Part shown: piece after piece, positions 27,948-39,900 of the stretch
How the letters are laid out: every line of letters begins with the position of its first letter
Position numbering within the stretch: the first letter of the stretch is position 1
Source of the DNA: Naegleria gruberi
Taxonomy: Eukaryota
Assembly (NCBI GenBank): GCA_000004985.1
Contig: GG738854.1
Reading direction: 5' to 3' (one strand)
Length of the DNA: 64,000 nt
Position numbers and translations under genes: made by a program
The notes under the pieces: generated by a model
What the model saw: the letters and a program-made list of their open reading frames with translations, nothing else
Database searches by the model: none
What the model was told of the DNA's origin: nothing

Positions 27948-30900
27948 NNNNNNNNNNNNNNNNNNNNNNNNNNNNNNNNNNNNNNNNNNNNNNNNNNNNN
28001 NNNNNNNNNNNNNNNNNNNNNNNNNNNNNNNNNNNNNNNNNNNNNNNNNNNNNNNNNNNNNNNNNNNNNNNNNNNNNNNNNNNNNNNNNNNNNNNNNNNN
28101 NNNNNNNNNNNNNNNNNNNNNNNNNNNNNNNNNNNNNNNNNNNNNNNNNNNNNNNNNNNNNNNNNNNNNNNNNNNNNNNNNNNNNNNNNNNNNNNNNNNN
28201 NNNNNNNNNNNNNNNNNNNNNNNNNNNNNNNNNNNNNNNNNNNNNNNNNNNNNNNNNNNNNNNNNNNNNNNNNNNNNNNNNNNNNNNNNNNNNNNNNNNN
28301 NNNNNNNNNNNNNNNNNNNNNNNNNNNNNNNNNNNNNNNNNNNNNNNNNNNNNNNNNNNNNNNNNNNNNNNNNNNNNNNNNNNNNNNNNNNNNNNNNNNN
28401 NNNNNNNNNNNNNNNNNNNNNNNNNNNNNNNNNNNNNNNNNNNNNNNNNNNNNNNNNNNNNNNNNNNNNNNNNNNNNNNNNNNNNNNNNNNNNNNNNNNN
28501 NNNNNNNNNNNNNNNNNNNNNNNNNNNNNNNNNNNNNNNNNNNNNNNNNNNNNNNNNNNNNNNNNNNNNNNNNNNNNNNNNNNNNNNNNNNNNNNNNNNN
28601 NNNNNNNNNNNNNNNNNNNNNNNNNNNNNNNNNNNNNNNNNNNNNNNNNNNNNNNNNNNNNNNNNNNNNNNNNNNNNNNNNNNNNNNNNNNNNNNNNNNN
28701 NNNNNNNNNNNNNNNNNNNNNNNNNNNNNNNNNNNNNNNNNNNNNNNNNNNNNNNNNNNNNNNNNNNNNNNNNNNNNNNNNNNNNNNNNNNNNNNNNNNN
28801 NNNNNNNNNNNNNNNNNNNNNNNNNNNNNNNNNNNNNNNNNNNNNNNNNNNNNNNNNNNNNNNNNNNNNNNNNNNNNNNNNNNNNNNNNNNNNNNNNNNN
28901 NNNNNNNNNNNNNNNNNNNNNNNNNNNNNNNNNNNNNNNNNNNNNNNNNNNNNNNNNNNNNNNNNNNNNNNNNNNNNNNNNNNNNNNNNNNNNNNNNNNN
29001 NNNNNNNNNNNNNNNNNNNNNNNNNNNNNNNNNNNNNNNNNNNNNNNNNNNNNNNNNNNNNNNNNNNNNNNNNNNNNNNNNNNNNNNNNNNNNNNNNNNN
29101 NNNNNNNNNNNNNNNNNNNNNNNNNNNNNNNNNNNNNNNNNNNNNNNNNNNNNNNNNNNNNNNNNNNNNNNNNNNNNNNNNNNNNNNNNNNNNNNNNNNN
29201 NNNNNNNNNNNNNNNNNNNNNNNNNNNNNNNNNNNNNNNNNNNNNNNNNNNNNNNNNNNNNNNNNNNNNNNNNNNNNNNNNNNNNNNNNNNNNNNNNNNN
29301 NNNNNNNNNNNNNNNNNNNNNNNNNNNNNNNNNNNNNNNNNNNNNNNNNNNNNNNNNNNNNNNNNNNNNNNNNNNNNNNNNNNNNNNNNNNNNNNNNNNN
29401 NNNNNNNNNNNNNNNNNNNNNNNNNNNNNNNNNNNNNNNNNNNNNNNNNNNNNNNNNNNNNNNNNNNNNNNNNNNNNNNNNNNNNNNNNNNNNNNNNNNN
29501 NNNNNNNNNNNNNNNNNNNNNNNNNNNNNNNNNNNNNNNNNNNNNNNNNNNNNNNNNNNNNNNNNNNNNNNNNNNNNNNNNNNNNNNNNNNNNNNNNNNN
29601 NNNNNNNNNNNNNNNNNNNNNNNNNNNNNNNNNNNNNNNNNNNNNNNNNNNNNNNNNNNNNNNNNNNNNNNNNNNNNNNNNNNNNNNNNNNNNNNNNNNN
29701 NNNNNNNNNNNNNNNNNNNNNNNNNNNNNNNNNNNNNNNNNNNNNNNNNNNNNNNNNNNNNNNNNNNNNNNNNNNNNNNNNNNNNNNNNNNNNNNNNNNN
29801 NNNNNNNNNNNNNNNNNNNNNNNNNNNNNNNNNNNNNNNNNNNNNNNNNNNNNNNNNNNNNNNNNNNNNNNNNNNNNNNNNNNNNNNNNNNNNNNNNNNN
29901 NNNNNNNNNNNNNNNNNNNNNNNNNNNNNNNNNNNNNNNNNNNNNNNNNNNNNNNNNNNNNNNNNNNNNNNNNNNNNNNNNNNNNNNNNNNNNNNNNNNN
30001 NNNNNNNNNNNNNNNNNNNNNNNNNNNNNNNNNNNNNNNNNNNNNNNNNNNNNNNNNNNNNNNNNNNNNNNNNNNNNNNNNNNNNNNNNNNNNNNNNNNN
30101 NNNNNNNNNNNNNNNNNNNNNNNNNNNNNNNNNNNNNNNNNNNNNNNNNNNNNNNNNNNNNNNNNNNNNNNNNNNNNNNNNNNNNNNNNNNNNNNNNNNN
30201 NNNNNNNNNNNNNNNNNNNNNNNNNNNNNNNNNNNNNNNNNNNNNNNNNNNNNNNNNNNNNNNNNNNNNNNNNNNNNNNNNNNNNNNNNNNNNNNNNNNN
30301 NNNNNNNNNNNNNNNNNNNNNNNNNNNNNNNNNNNNNNNNNNNNNNNNNNNNNNNNNNNNNNNNNNNNNNNNNNNNNNNNNNNNNNNNNNNNNNNNNNNN
30401 NNNNNNNNNNNNNNNNNNNNNNNNNNNNNNNNNNNNNNNNNNNNNNNNNNNNNNNNNNNNNNNNNNNNNNNNNNNNNNNNNNNNNNNNNNNNNNNNNNNN
30501 NNNNNNNNNNNNNNNNNNNNNNNNNNNNNNNNNNNNNNNNNNNNNNNNNNNNNNNNNNNNNNNNNNNNNNNNNNNNNNNNNNNNNNNNNNNNNNNNNNNN
30601 NNNNNNNNNNNNNNNNNNNNNNNNNNNNNNNNNNNNNNNNNNNNNNNNNNNNNNNNNNNNNNNNNNNNNNNNNNNNNNNNNNNNNNNNNNNNNNNNNNNN
30701 NNNNNNNNNNNNNNNNNNNNNNNNNNNNNNNNNNNNNNNNNNNNNNNNNNNNNNNNNNNNNNNNNNNNNNNNNNNNNNNNNNNNNNNNNNNNNNNNNNNN
30801 NNNNNNNNNNNNNNNNNNNNNNNNNNNNNNNNNNNNNNNNNNNNNNNNNNNNNNNNNNNNNNNNNNNNNNNNNNNNNNNNNNNNNNNNNNNNNNNNNNNN

Positions 30901-33900
30901 NNNNNNNNNNNNNNNNNNNNNNNNNNNNNNNNNNNNNNNNNNNNNNNNNNNNNNNNNNNNNNNNNNNNNNNNNNNNNNNNNNNNNNNNNNNNNNNNNNNN
31001 NNNNNNNNNNNNNNNNNNNNNNNNNNNNNNNNNNNNNNNNNNNNNNNNNNNNNNNNNNNNNNNNNNNNNNNNNNNNNNNNNNNNNNNNNNNNNNNNNNNN
31101 NNNNNNNNNNNNNNNNNNNNNNNNNNNNNNNNNNNNNNNNNNNNNNNNNNNNNNNNNNNNNNNNNNNNNNNNNNNNNNNNNNNNNNNNNNNNNNNNNNNN
31201 NNNNNNNNNNNNNNNNNNNNNNNNNNNNNNNNNNNNNNNNNNNNNNNNNNNNNNNNNNNNNNNNNNNNNNNNNNNNNNNNNNNNNNNNNNNNNNNNNNNN
31301 NNNNNNNNNNNNNNNNNNNNNNNNNNNNNNNNNNNNNNNNNNNNNNNNNNNNNNNNNNNNNNNNNNNNNNNNNNNNNNNNNNNNNNNNNNNNNNNNNNNN
31401 NNNNNNNNNNNNNNNNNNNNNNNNNNNNNNNNNNNNNNNNNNNNNNNNNNNNNNNNNNNNNNNNNNNNNNNNNNNNNNNNNNNNNNNNNNNNNNNNNNNN
31501 NNNNNNNNNNNNNNNNNNNNNNNNNNNNNNNNNNNNNNNNNNNNNNNNNNNNNNNNNNNNNNNNNNNNNNNNNNNNNNNNNNNNNNNNNNNNNNNNNNNN
31601 NNNNNNNNNNNNNNNNNNNNNNNNNNNNNNNNNNNNNNNNNNNNNNNNNNNNNNNNNNNNNNNNNNNNNNNNNNNNNNNNNNNNNNNNNNNNNNNNNNNN
31701 NNNNNNNNNNNNNNNNNNNNNNNNNNNNNNNNNNNNNNNNNNNNNNNNNNNNNNNNNNNNNNNNNNNNNNNNNNNNNNNNNNNNNNNNNNNNNNNNNNNN
31801 NNNNNNNNNNNNNNNNNNNNNNNNNNNNNNNNNNNNNNNNNNNNNNNNNNNNNNNNNNNNNNNNNNNNNNNNNNNNNNNNNNNNNNNNNNNNNNNNNNNN
31901 NNNNNNNNNNNNNNNNNNNNNNNNNNNNNNNNNNNNNNNNNNNNNNNNNNNNNNNNNNNNNNNNNNNNNNNNNNNNNNNNNNNNNNNNNNNNNNNNNNNN
32001 NNNNNNNNNNNNNNNNNNNNNNNNNNNNNNNNNNNNNNNNNNNNNNNNNNNNNNNNNNNNNNNNNNNNNNNNNNNNNNNNNNNNNNNNNNNNNNNNNNNN
32101 NNNNNNNNNNNNNNNNNNNNNNNNNNNNNNNNNNNNNNNNNNNNNNNNNNNNNNNNNNNNNNNNNNNNNNNNNNNNNNNNNNNNNNNNNNNNNNNNNNNN
32201 NNNNNNNNNNNNNNNNNNNNNNNNNNNNNNNNNNNNNNNNNNNNNNNNNNNNNNNNNNNNNNNNNNNNNNNNNNNNNNNNNNNNNNNNNNNNNNNNNNNN
32301 NNNNNNNNNNNNNNNNNNNNNNNNNNNNNNNNNNNNNNNNNNNNNNNNNNNNNNNNNNNNNNNNNNNNNNNNNNNNNNNNNNNNNNNNNNNNNNNNNNNN
32401 NNNNNNNNNNNNNNNNNNNNNNNNNNNNNNNNNNNNNNNNNNNNNNNNNNNNNNNNNNNNNNNNNNNNNNNNNNNNNNNNNNNNNNNNNNNNNNNNNNNN
32501 NNNNNNNNNNNNNNNNNNNNNNNNNNNNNNNNNNNNNNNNNNNNNNNNNNNNNNNNNNNNNNNNNNNNNNNNNNNNNNNNNNNNNNNNNNNNNNNNNNNN
32601 NNNNNNNNNNNNNNNNNNNNNNNNNNNNNNNNNNNNNNNNNNNNNNNNNNNNNNNNNNNNNNNNNNNNNNNNNNNNNNNNNNNNNNNNNNNNNNNNNNNN
32701 NNNNNNNNNNNNNNNNNNNNNNNNNNNNNNNNNNNNNNNNNNNNNNNNNNNNNNNNNNNNNNNNNNNNNNNNNNNNNNNNNNNNNNNNNNNNNNNNNNNN
32801 NNNNNNNNNNNNNNNNNNNNNNNNNNNNNNNNNNNNNNNNNNNNNNNNNNNNNNNNNNNNNNNNNNNNNNNNNNNNNNNNNNNNNNNNNNNNNNNNNNNN
32901 NNNNNNNNNNNNNNNNNNNNNNNNNNNNNNNNNNNNNNNNNNNNNNNNNNNNNNNNNNNNNNNNNNNNNNNNNNNNNNNNNNNNNNNNNNNNNNNNNNNN
33001 NNNNNNNNNNNNNNNNNNNNNNNNNNNNNNNNNNNNNNNNNNNNNNNNNNNNNNNNNNNNNNNNNNNNNNNNNNNNNNNNNNNNNNNNNNNNNNNNNNNN
33101 NNNNNNNNNNNNNNNNNNNNNNNNNNNNNNNNNNNNNNNNNNNNNNNNNNNNNNNNNNNNNNNNNNNNNNNNNNNNNNNNNNNNNNNNNNNNNNNNNNNN
33201 NNNNNNNNNNNNNNNNNNNNNNNNNNNNNNNNNNNNNNNNNNNNNNNNNNNNNNNNNNNNNNNNNNNNNNNNNNNNNNNNNNNNNNNNNNNNNNNNNNNN
33301 NNNNNNNNNNNNNNNNNNNNNNNNNNNNNNNNNNNNNNNNNNNNNNNNNNNNNNNNNNNNNNNNNNNNNNNNNNNNNNNNNNNNNNNNNNNNNNNNNNNN
33401 NNNNNNNNNNNNNNNNNNNNNNNNNNNNNNNNNNNNNNNNNNNNNNNNNNNNNNNNNNNNNNNNNNNNNNNNNNNNNNNNNNNNNNNNNNNNNNNNNNNN
33501 NNNNNNNNNNNNNNNNNNNNNNNNNNNNNNNNNNNNNNNNNNNNNNNNNNNNNNNNNNNNNNNNNNNNNNNNNNNNNNNNNNNNNNNNNNNNNNNNNNNN
33601 NNNNNNNNNNNNNNNNNNNNNNNNNNNNNNNNNNNNNNNNNNNNNNNNNNNNNNNNNNNNNNNNNNNNNNNNNNNNNNNNNNNNNNNNNNNNNNNNNNNN
33701 NNNNNNNNNNNNNNNNNNNNNNNNNNNNNNNNNNNNNNNNNNNNNNNNNNNNNNNNNNNNNNNNNNNNNNNNNNNNNNNNNNNNNNNNNNNNNNNNNNNN
33801 NNNNNNNNNNNNNNNNNNNNNNNNNNNNNNNNNNNNNNNNNNNNNNNNNNNNNNNNNNNNNNNNNNNNNNNNNNNNNNNNNNNNNNNNNNNNNNNNNNNN

Positions 33901-36900
33901 NNNNNNNNNNNNNNNNNNNNNNNNNNNNNNNNNNNNNNNNNNNNNNNNNNNNNNNNNNNNNNNNNNNNNNNNNNNNNNNNNNNNNNNNNNNNNNNNNNNN
34001 NNNNNNNNNNNNNNNNNNNNNNNNNNNNNNNNNNNNNNNNNNNNNNNNNNNNNNNNNNNNNNNNNNNNNNNNNNNNNNNNNNNNNNNNNNNNNNNNNNNN
34101 NNNNNNNNNNNNNNNNNNNNNNNNNNNNNNNNNNNNNNNNNNNNNNNNNNNNNNNNNNNNNNNNNNNNNNNNNNNNNNNNNNNNNNNNNNNNNNNNNNNN
34201 NNNNNNNNNNNNNNNNNNNNNNNNNNNNNNNNNNNNNNNNNNNNNNNNNNNNNNNNNNNNNNNNNNNNNNNNNNNNNNNNNNNNNNNNNNNNNNNNNNNN
34301 NNNNNNNNNNNNNNNNNNNNNNNNNNNNNNNNNNNNNNNNNNNNNNNNNNNNNNNNNNNNNNNNNNNNNNNNNNNNNNNNNNNNNNNNNNNNNNNNNNNN
34401 NNNNNNNNNNNNNNNNNNNNNNNNNNNNNNNNNNNNNNNNNNNNNNNNNNNNNNNNNNNNNNNNNNNNNNNNNNNNNNNNNNNNNNNNNNNNNNNNNNNN
34501 NNNNNNNNNNNNNNNNNNNNNNNNNNNNNNNNNNNNNNNNNNNNNNNNNNNNNNNNNNNNNNNNNNNNNNNNNNNNNNNNNNNNNNNNNNNNNNNNNNNN
34601 NNNNNNNNNNNNNNNNNNNNNNNNNNNNNNNNNNNNNNNNNNNNNNNNNNNNNNNNNNNNNNNNNNNNNNNNNNNNNNNNNNNNNNNNNNNNNNNNNNNN
34701 NNNNNNNNNNNNNNNNNNNNNNNNNNNNNNNNNNNNNNNNNNNNNNNNNNNNNNNNNNNNNNNNNNNNNNNNNNNNNNNNNNNNNNNNNNNNNNNNNNNN
34801 NNNNNNNNNNNNNNNNNNNNNNNNNNNNNNNNNNNNNNNNNNNNNNNNNNNNNNNNNNNNNNNNNNNNNNNNNNNNNNNNNNNNNNNNNNNNNNNNNNNN
34901 NNNNNNNNNNNNNNNNNNNNNNNNNNNNNNNNNNNNNNNNNNNNNNNNNNNNNNNNNNNNNNNNNNNNNNNNNNNNNNNNNNNNNNNNNNNNNNNNNNNN
35001 NNNNNNNNNNNNNNNNNNNNNNNNNNNNNNNNNNNNNNNNNNNNNNNNNNNNNNNNNNNNNNNNNNNNNNNNNNNNNNNNNNNNNNNNNNNNNNNNNNNN
35101 NNNNNNNNNNNNNNNNNNNNNNNNNNNNNNNNNNNNNNNNNNNNNNNNNNNNNNNNNNNNNNNNNNNNNNNNNNNNNNNNNNNNNNNNNNNNNNNNNNNN
35201 NNNNNNNNNNNNNNNNNNNNNNNNNNNNNNNNNNNNNNNNNNNNNNNNNNNNNNNNNNNNNNNNNNNNNNNNNNNNNNNNNNNNNNNNNNNNNNNNNNNN
35301 NNNNNNNNNNNNNNNNNNNNNNNNNNNNNNNNNNNNNNNNNNNNNNNNNNNNNNNNNNNNNNNNNNNNNNNNNNNNNNNNNNNNNNNNNNNNNNNNNNNN
35401 NNNNNNNNNNNNNNNNNNNNNNNNNNNNNNNNNNNNNNNNNNNNNNNNNNNNNNNNNNNNNNNNNNNNNNNNNNNNNNNNNNNNNNNNNNNNNNNNNNNN
35501 NNNNNNNNNNNNNNNNNNNNNNNNNNNNNNNNNNNNNNNNNNNNNNNNNNNNNNNNNNNNNNNNNNNNNNNNNNNNNNNNNNNNNNNNNNNNNNNNNNNN
35601 NNNNNNNNNNNNNNNNNNNNNNNNNNNNNNNNNNNNNNNNNNNNNNNNNNNNNNNNNNNNNNNNNNNNNNNNNNNNNNNNNNNNNNNNNNNNNNNNNNNN
35701 NNNNNNNNNNNNNNNNNNNNNNNNNNNNNNNNNNNNNNNNNNNNNNNNNNNNNNNNNNNNNNNNNNNNNNNNNNNNNNNNNNNNNNNNNNNNNNNNNNNN
35801 NNNNNNNNNNNNNNNNNNNNNNNNNNNNNNNNNNNNNNNNNNNNNNNNNNNNNNNNNNNNNNNNNNNNNNNNNNNNNNNNNNNNNNNNNNNNNNNNNNNN
35901 NNNNNNNNNNNNNNNNNNNNNNNNNNNNNNNNNNNNNNNNNNNNNNNNNNNNNNNNNNNNNNNNNNNNNNNNNNNNNNNNNNNNNNNNNNNNNNNNNNNN
36001 NNNNNNNNNNNNNNNNNNNNNNNNNNNNNNNNNNNNNNNNNNNNNNNNNNNNNNNNNNNNNNNNNNNNNNNNNNNNNNNNNNNNNNNNNNNNNNNNNNNN
36101 NNNNNNNNNNNNNNNNNNNNNNNNNNNNNNNNNNNNNNNNNNNNNNNNNNNNNNNNNNNNNNNNNNNNNNNNNNNNNNNNNNNNNNNNNNNNNNNNNNNN
36201 NNNNNNNNNNNNNNNNNNNNNNNNNNNNNNNNNNNNNNNNNNNNNNNNNNNNNNNNNNNNNNNNNNNNNNNNNNNNNNNNNNNNNNNNNNNNNNNNNNNN
36301 NNNNNNNNNNNNNNNNNNNNNNNNNNNNNNNNNNNNNNNNNNNNNNNNNNNNNNNNNNNNNNNNNNNNNNNNNNNNNNNNNNNNNNNNNNNNNNNNNNNN
36401 NNNNNNNNNNNNNNNNNNNNNNNNNNNNNNNNNNNNNNNNNNNNNNNNNNNNNNNNNNNNNNNNNNNNNNNNNNNNNNNNNNNNNNNNNNNNNNNNNNNN
36501 NNNNNNNNNNNNNNNNNNNNNNNNNNNNNNNNNNNNNNNNNNNNNNNNNNNNNNNNNNNNNNNNNNNNNNNNNNNNNNNNNNNNNNNNNNNNNNNNNNNN
36601 NNNNNNNNNNNNNNNNNNNNNNNNNNNNNNNNNNNNNNNNNNNNNNNNNNNNNNNNNNNNNNNNNNNNNNNNNNNNNNNNNNNNNNNNNNNNNNNNNNNN
36701 NNNNNNNNNNNNNNNNNNNNNNNNNNNNNNNNNNNNNNNNNNNNNNNNNNNNNNNNNNNNNNNNNNNNNNNNNNNNNNNNNNNNNNNNNNNNNNNNNNNN
36801 NNNNNNNNNNNNNNNNNNNNNNNNNNNNNNNNNNNNNNNNNNNNNNNNNNNNNNNNNNNNNNNNNNNNNNNNNNNNNNNNNNNNNNNNNNNNNNNNNNNN

Positions 36901-39900
36901 NNNNNNNNNNNNNNNNNNNNNNNNNNNNNNNNNNNNNNNNNNNNNNNNNNNNNNNNNNNNNNNNNNNNNNNNNNNNNNNNNNNNNNNNNNNNNNNNNNNN
37001 NNNNNNNNNNNNNNNNNNNNNNNNNNNNNNNNNNNNNNNNNNNNNNNNNNNNNNNNNNNNNNNNNNNNNNNNNNNNNNNNNNNNNNNNNNNNNNNNNNNN
37101 NNNNNNNNNNNNNNNNNNNNNNNNNNNNNNNNNNNNNNNNNNNNNNNNNNNNNNNNNNNNNNNNNNNNNNNNNNNNNNNNNNNNNNNNNNNNNNNNNNNN
37201 NNNNNNNNNNNNNNNNNNNNNNNNNNNNNNNNNNNNNNNNNNNNNNNNNNNNNNNNNNNNNNNNNNNNNNNNNNNNNNNNNNNNNNNNNNNNNNNNNNNN
37301 NNNNNNNNNNNNNNNNNNNNNNNNNNNNNNNNNNNNNNNNNNNNNNNNNNNNNNNNNNNNNNNNNNNNNNNNNNNNNNNNNNNNNNNNNNNNNNNNNNNN
37401 NNNNNNNNNNNNNNNNNNNNNNNNNNNNNNNNNNNNNNNNNNNNNNNNNNNNNNNNNNNNNNNNNNNNNNNNNNNNNNNNNNNNNNNNNNNNNNNNNNNN
37501 NNNNNNNNNNNNNNNNNNNNNNNNNNNNNNNNNNNNNNNNNNNNNNNNNNNNNNNNNNNNNNNNNNNNNNNNNNNNNNNNNNNNNNNNNNNNNNNNNNNN
37601 NNNNNNNNNNNNNNNNNNNNNNNNNNNNNNNNNNNNNNNNNNNNNNNNNNNNNNNNNNNNNNNNNNNNNNNNNNNNNNNNNNNNNNNNNNNNNNNNNNNN
37701 NNNNNNNNNNNNNNNNNNNNNNNNNNNNNNNNNNNNNNNNNNNNNNNNNNNNNNNNNNNNNNNNNNNNNNNNNNNNNNNNNNNNNNNNNNNNNNNNNNNN
37801 NNNNNNNNNNNNNNNNNNNNNNNNNNNNNNNNNNNNNNNNNNNNNNNNNNNNNNNNNNNNNNNNNNNNNNNNNNNNNNNNNNNNNNNNNNNNNNNNNNNN
37901 NNNNNNNNNNNNNNNNNNNNNNNNNNNNNNNNNNNNNNNNNNNNNNNNNNNNNNNNNNNNNNNNNNNNNNNNNNNNNNNNNNNNNNNNNNNNNNNNNNNN
38001 NNNNNNNNNNNNNNNNNNNNNNNNNNNNNNNNNNNNNNNNNNNNNNNNNNNNNNNNNNNNNNNNNNNNNNNNNNNNNNNNNNNNNNNNNNNNNNNNNNNN
38101 NNNNNNNNNNNNNNNNNNNNNNNNNNNNNNNNNNNNNNNNNNNNNNNNNNNNNNNNNNNNNNNNNNNNNNNNNNNNNNNNNNNNNNNNNNNNNNNNNNNN
38201 NNNNNNNNNNNNNNNNNNNNNNNNNNNNNNNNNNNNNNNNNNNNNNNNNNNNNNNNNNNNNNNNNNNNNNNNNNNNNNNNNNNNNNNNNNNNNNNNNNNN
38301 NNNNNNNNNNNNNNNNNNNNNNNNNNNNNNNNNNNNNNNNNNNNNNNNNNNNNNNNNNNNNNNNNNNNNNNNNNNNNNNNNNNNNNNNNNNNNNNNNNNN
38401 NNNNNNNNNNNNNNNNNNNNNNNNNNNNNNNNNNNNNNNNNNNNNNNNNNNNNNNNNNNNNNNNNNNNNNNNNNNNNNNNNNNNNNNNNNNNNNNNNNNN
38501 NNNNNNNNNNNNNNNNNNNNNNNNNNNNNNNNNNNNNNNNNNNNNNNNNNNNNNNNNNNNNNNNNNNNNNNNNNNNNNNNNNNNNNNNNNNNNNNNNNNN
38601 NNNNNNNNNNNNNNNNNNNNNNNNNNNNNNNNNNNNNNNNNNNNNNNNNNNNNNNNNNNNNNNNNNNNNNNNNNNNNNNNNNNNNNNNNNNNNNNNNNNN
38701 NNNNNNNNNNNNNNNNNNNNNNNNNNNNNNNNNNNNNNNNNNNNNNNNNNNNNNNNNNNNNNNNNNNNNNNNNNNNNNNNNNNNNNNNNNNNNNNNNNNN
38801 NNNNNNNNNNNNNNNNNNNNNNNNNNNNNNNNNNNNNNNNNNNNNNNNNNNNNNNNNNNNNNNNNNNNNNNNNNNNNNNNNNNNNNNNNNNNNNNNNNNN
38901 NNNNNNNNNNNNNNNNNNNNNNNNNNNNNNNNNNNNNNNNNNNNNNNNNNNNNNNNNNNNNNNNNNNNNNNNNNNNNNNNNNNNNNNNNNNNNNNNNNNN
39001 NNNNNNNNNNNNNNNNNNNNNNNNNNNNNNNNNNNNNNNNNNNNNNNNNNNNNNNNNNNNNNNNNNNNNNNNNNNNNNNNNNNNNNNNNNNNNNNNNNNN
39101 NNNNNNNNNNNNNNNNNNNNNNNNNNNNNNNNNNNNNNNNNNNNNNNNNNNNNNNNNNNNNNNNNNNNNNNNNNNNNNNNNNNNNNNNNNNNNNNNNNNN
39201 NNNNNNNNNNNNNNNNNNNNNNNNNNNNNNNNNNNNNNNNNNNNNNNNNNNNNNNNNNNNNNNNNNNNNNNNNNNNNNNNNNNNNNNNNNNNNNNNNNNN
39301 NNNNNNNNNNNNNNNNNNNNNNNNNNNNNNNNNNNNNNNNNNNNNNNNNNNNNNNNNNNNNNNNNNNNNNNNNNNNNNNNNNNNNNNNNNNNNNNNNNNN
39401 NNNNNNNNNNNNNNNNNNNNNNNNNNNNNNNNNNNNNNNNNNNNNNNNNNNNNNNNNNNNNNNNNNNNNNNNNNNNNNNNNNNNNNNNNNNNNNNNNNNN
39501 NNNNNNNNNNNNNNNNNNNNNNNNNNNNNNNNNNNNNNNNNNNNNNNNNNNNNNNNNNNNNNNNNNNNNNNNNNNNNNNNNNNNNNNNNNNNNNNNNNNN
39601 NNNNNNNNNNNNNNNNNNNNNNNNNNNNNNNNNNNNNNNNNNNNNNNNNNNNNNNNNNNNNNNNNNNNNNNNNNNNNNNNNNNNNNNNNNNNNNNNNNNN
39701 NNNNNNNNNNNNNNNNNNNNNNNNNNNNNNNNNNNNNNNNNNNNNNNNNNNNNNNNNNNNNNNNNNNNNNNNNNNNNNNNNNNNNNNNNNNNNNNNNNNN
39801 NNNNNNNNNNNNNNNNNNNNNNNNNNNNNNNNNNNNNNNNNNNNNNNNNNNNNNNNNNNNNNNNNNNNNNNNNNNNNNNNNNNNNNNNNNNNNNNNNNNN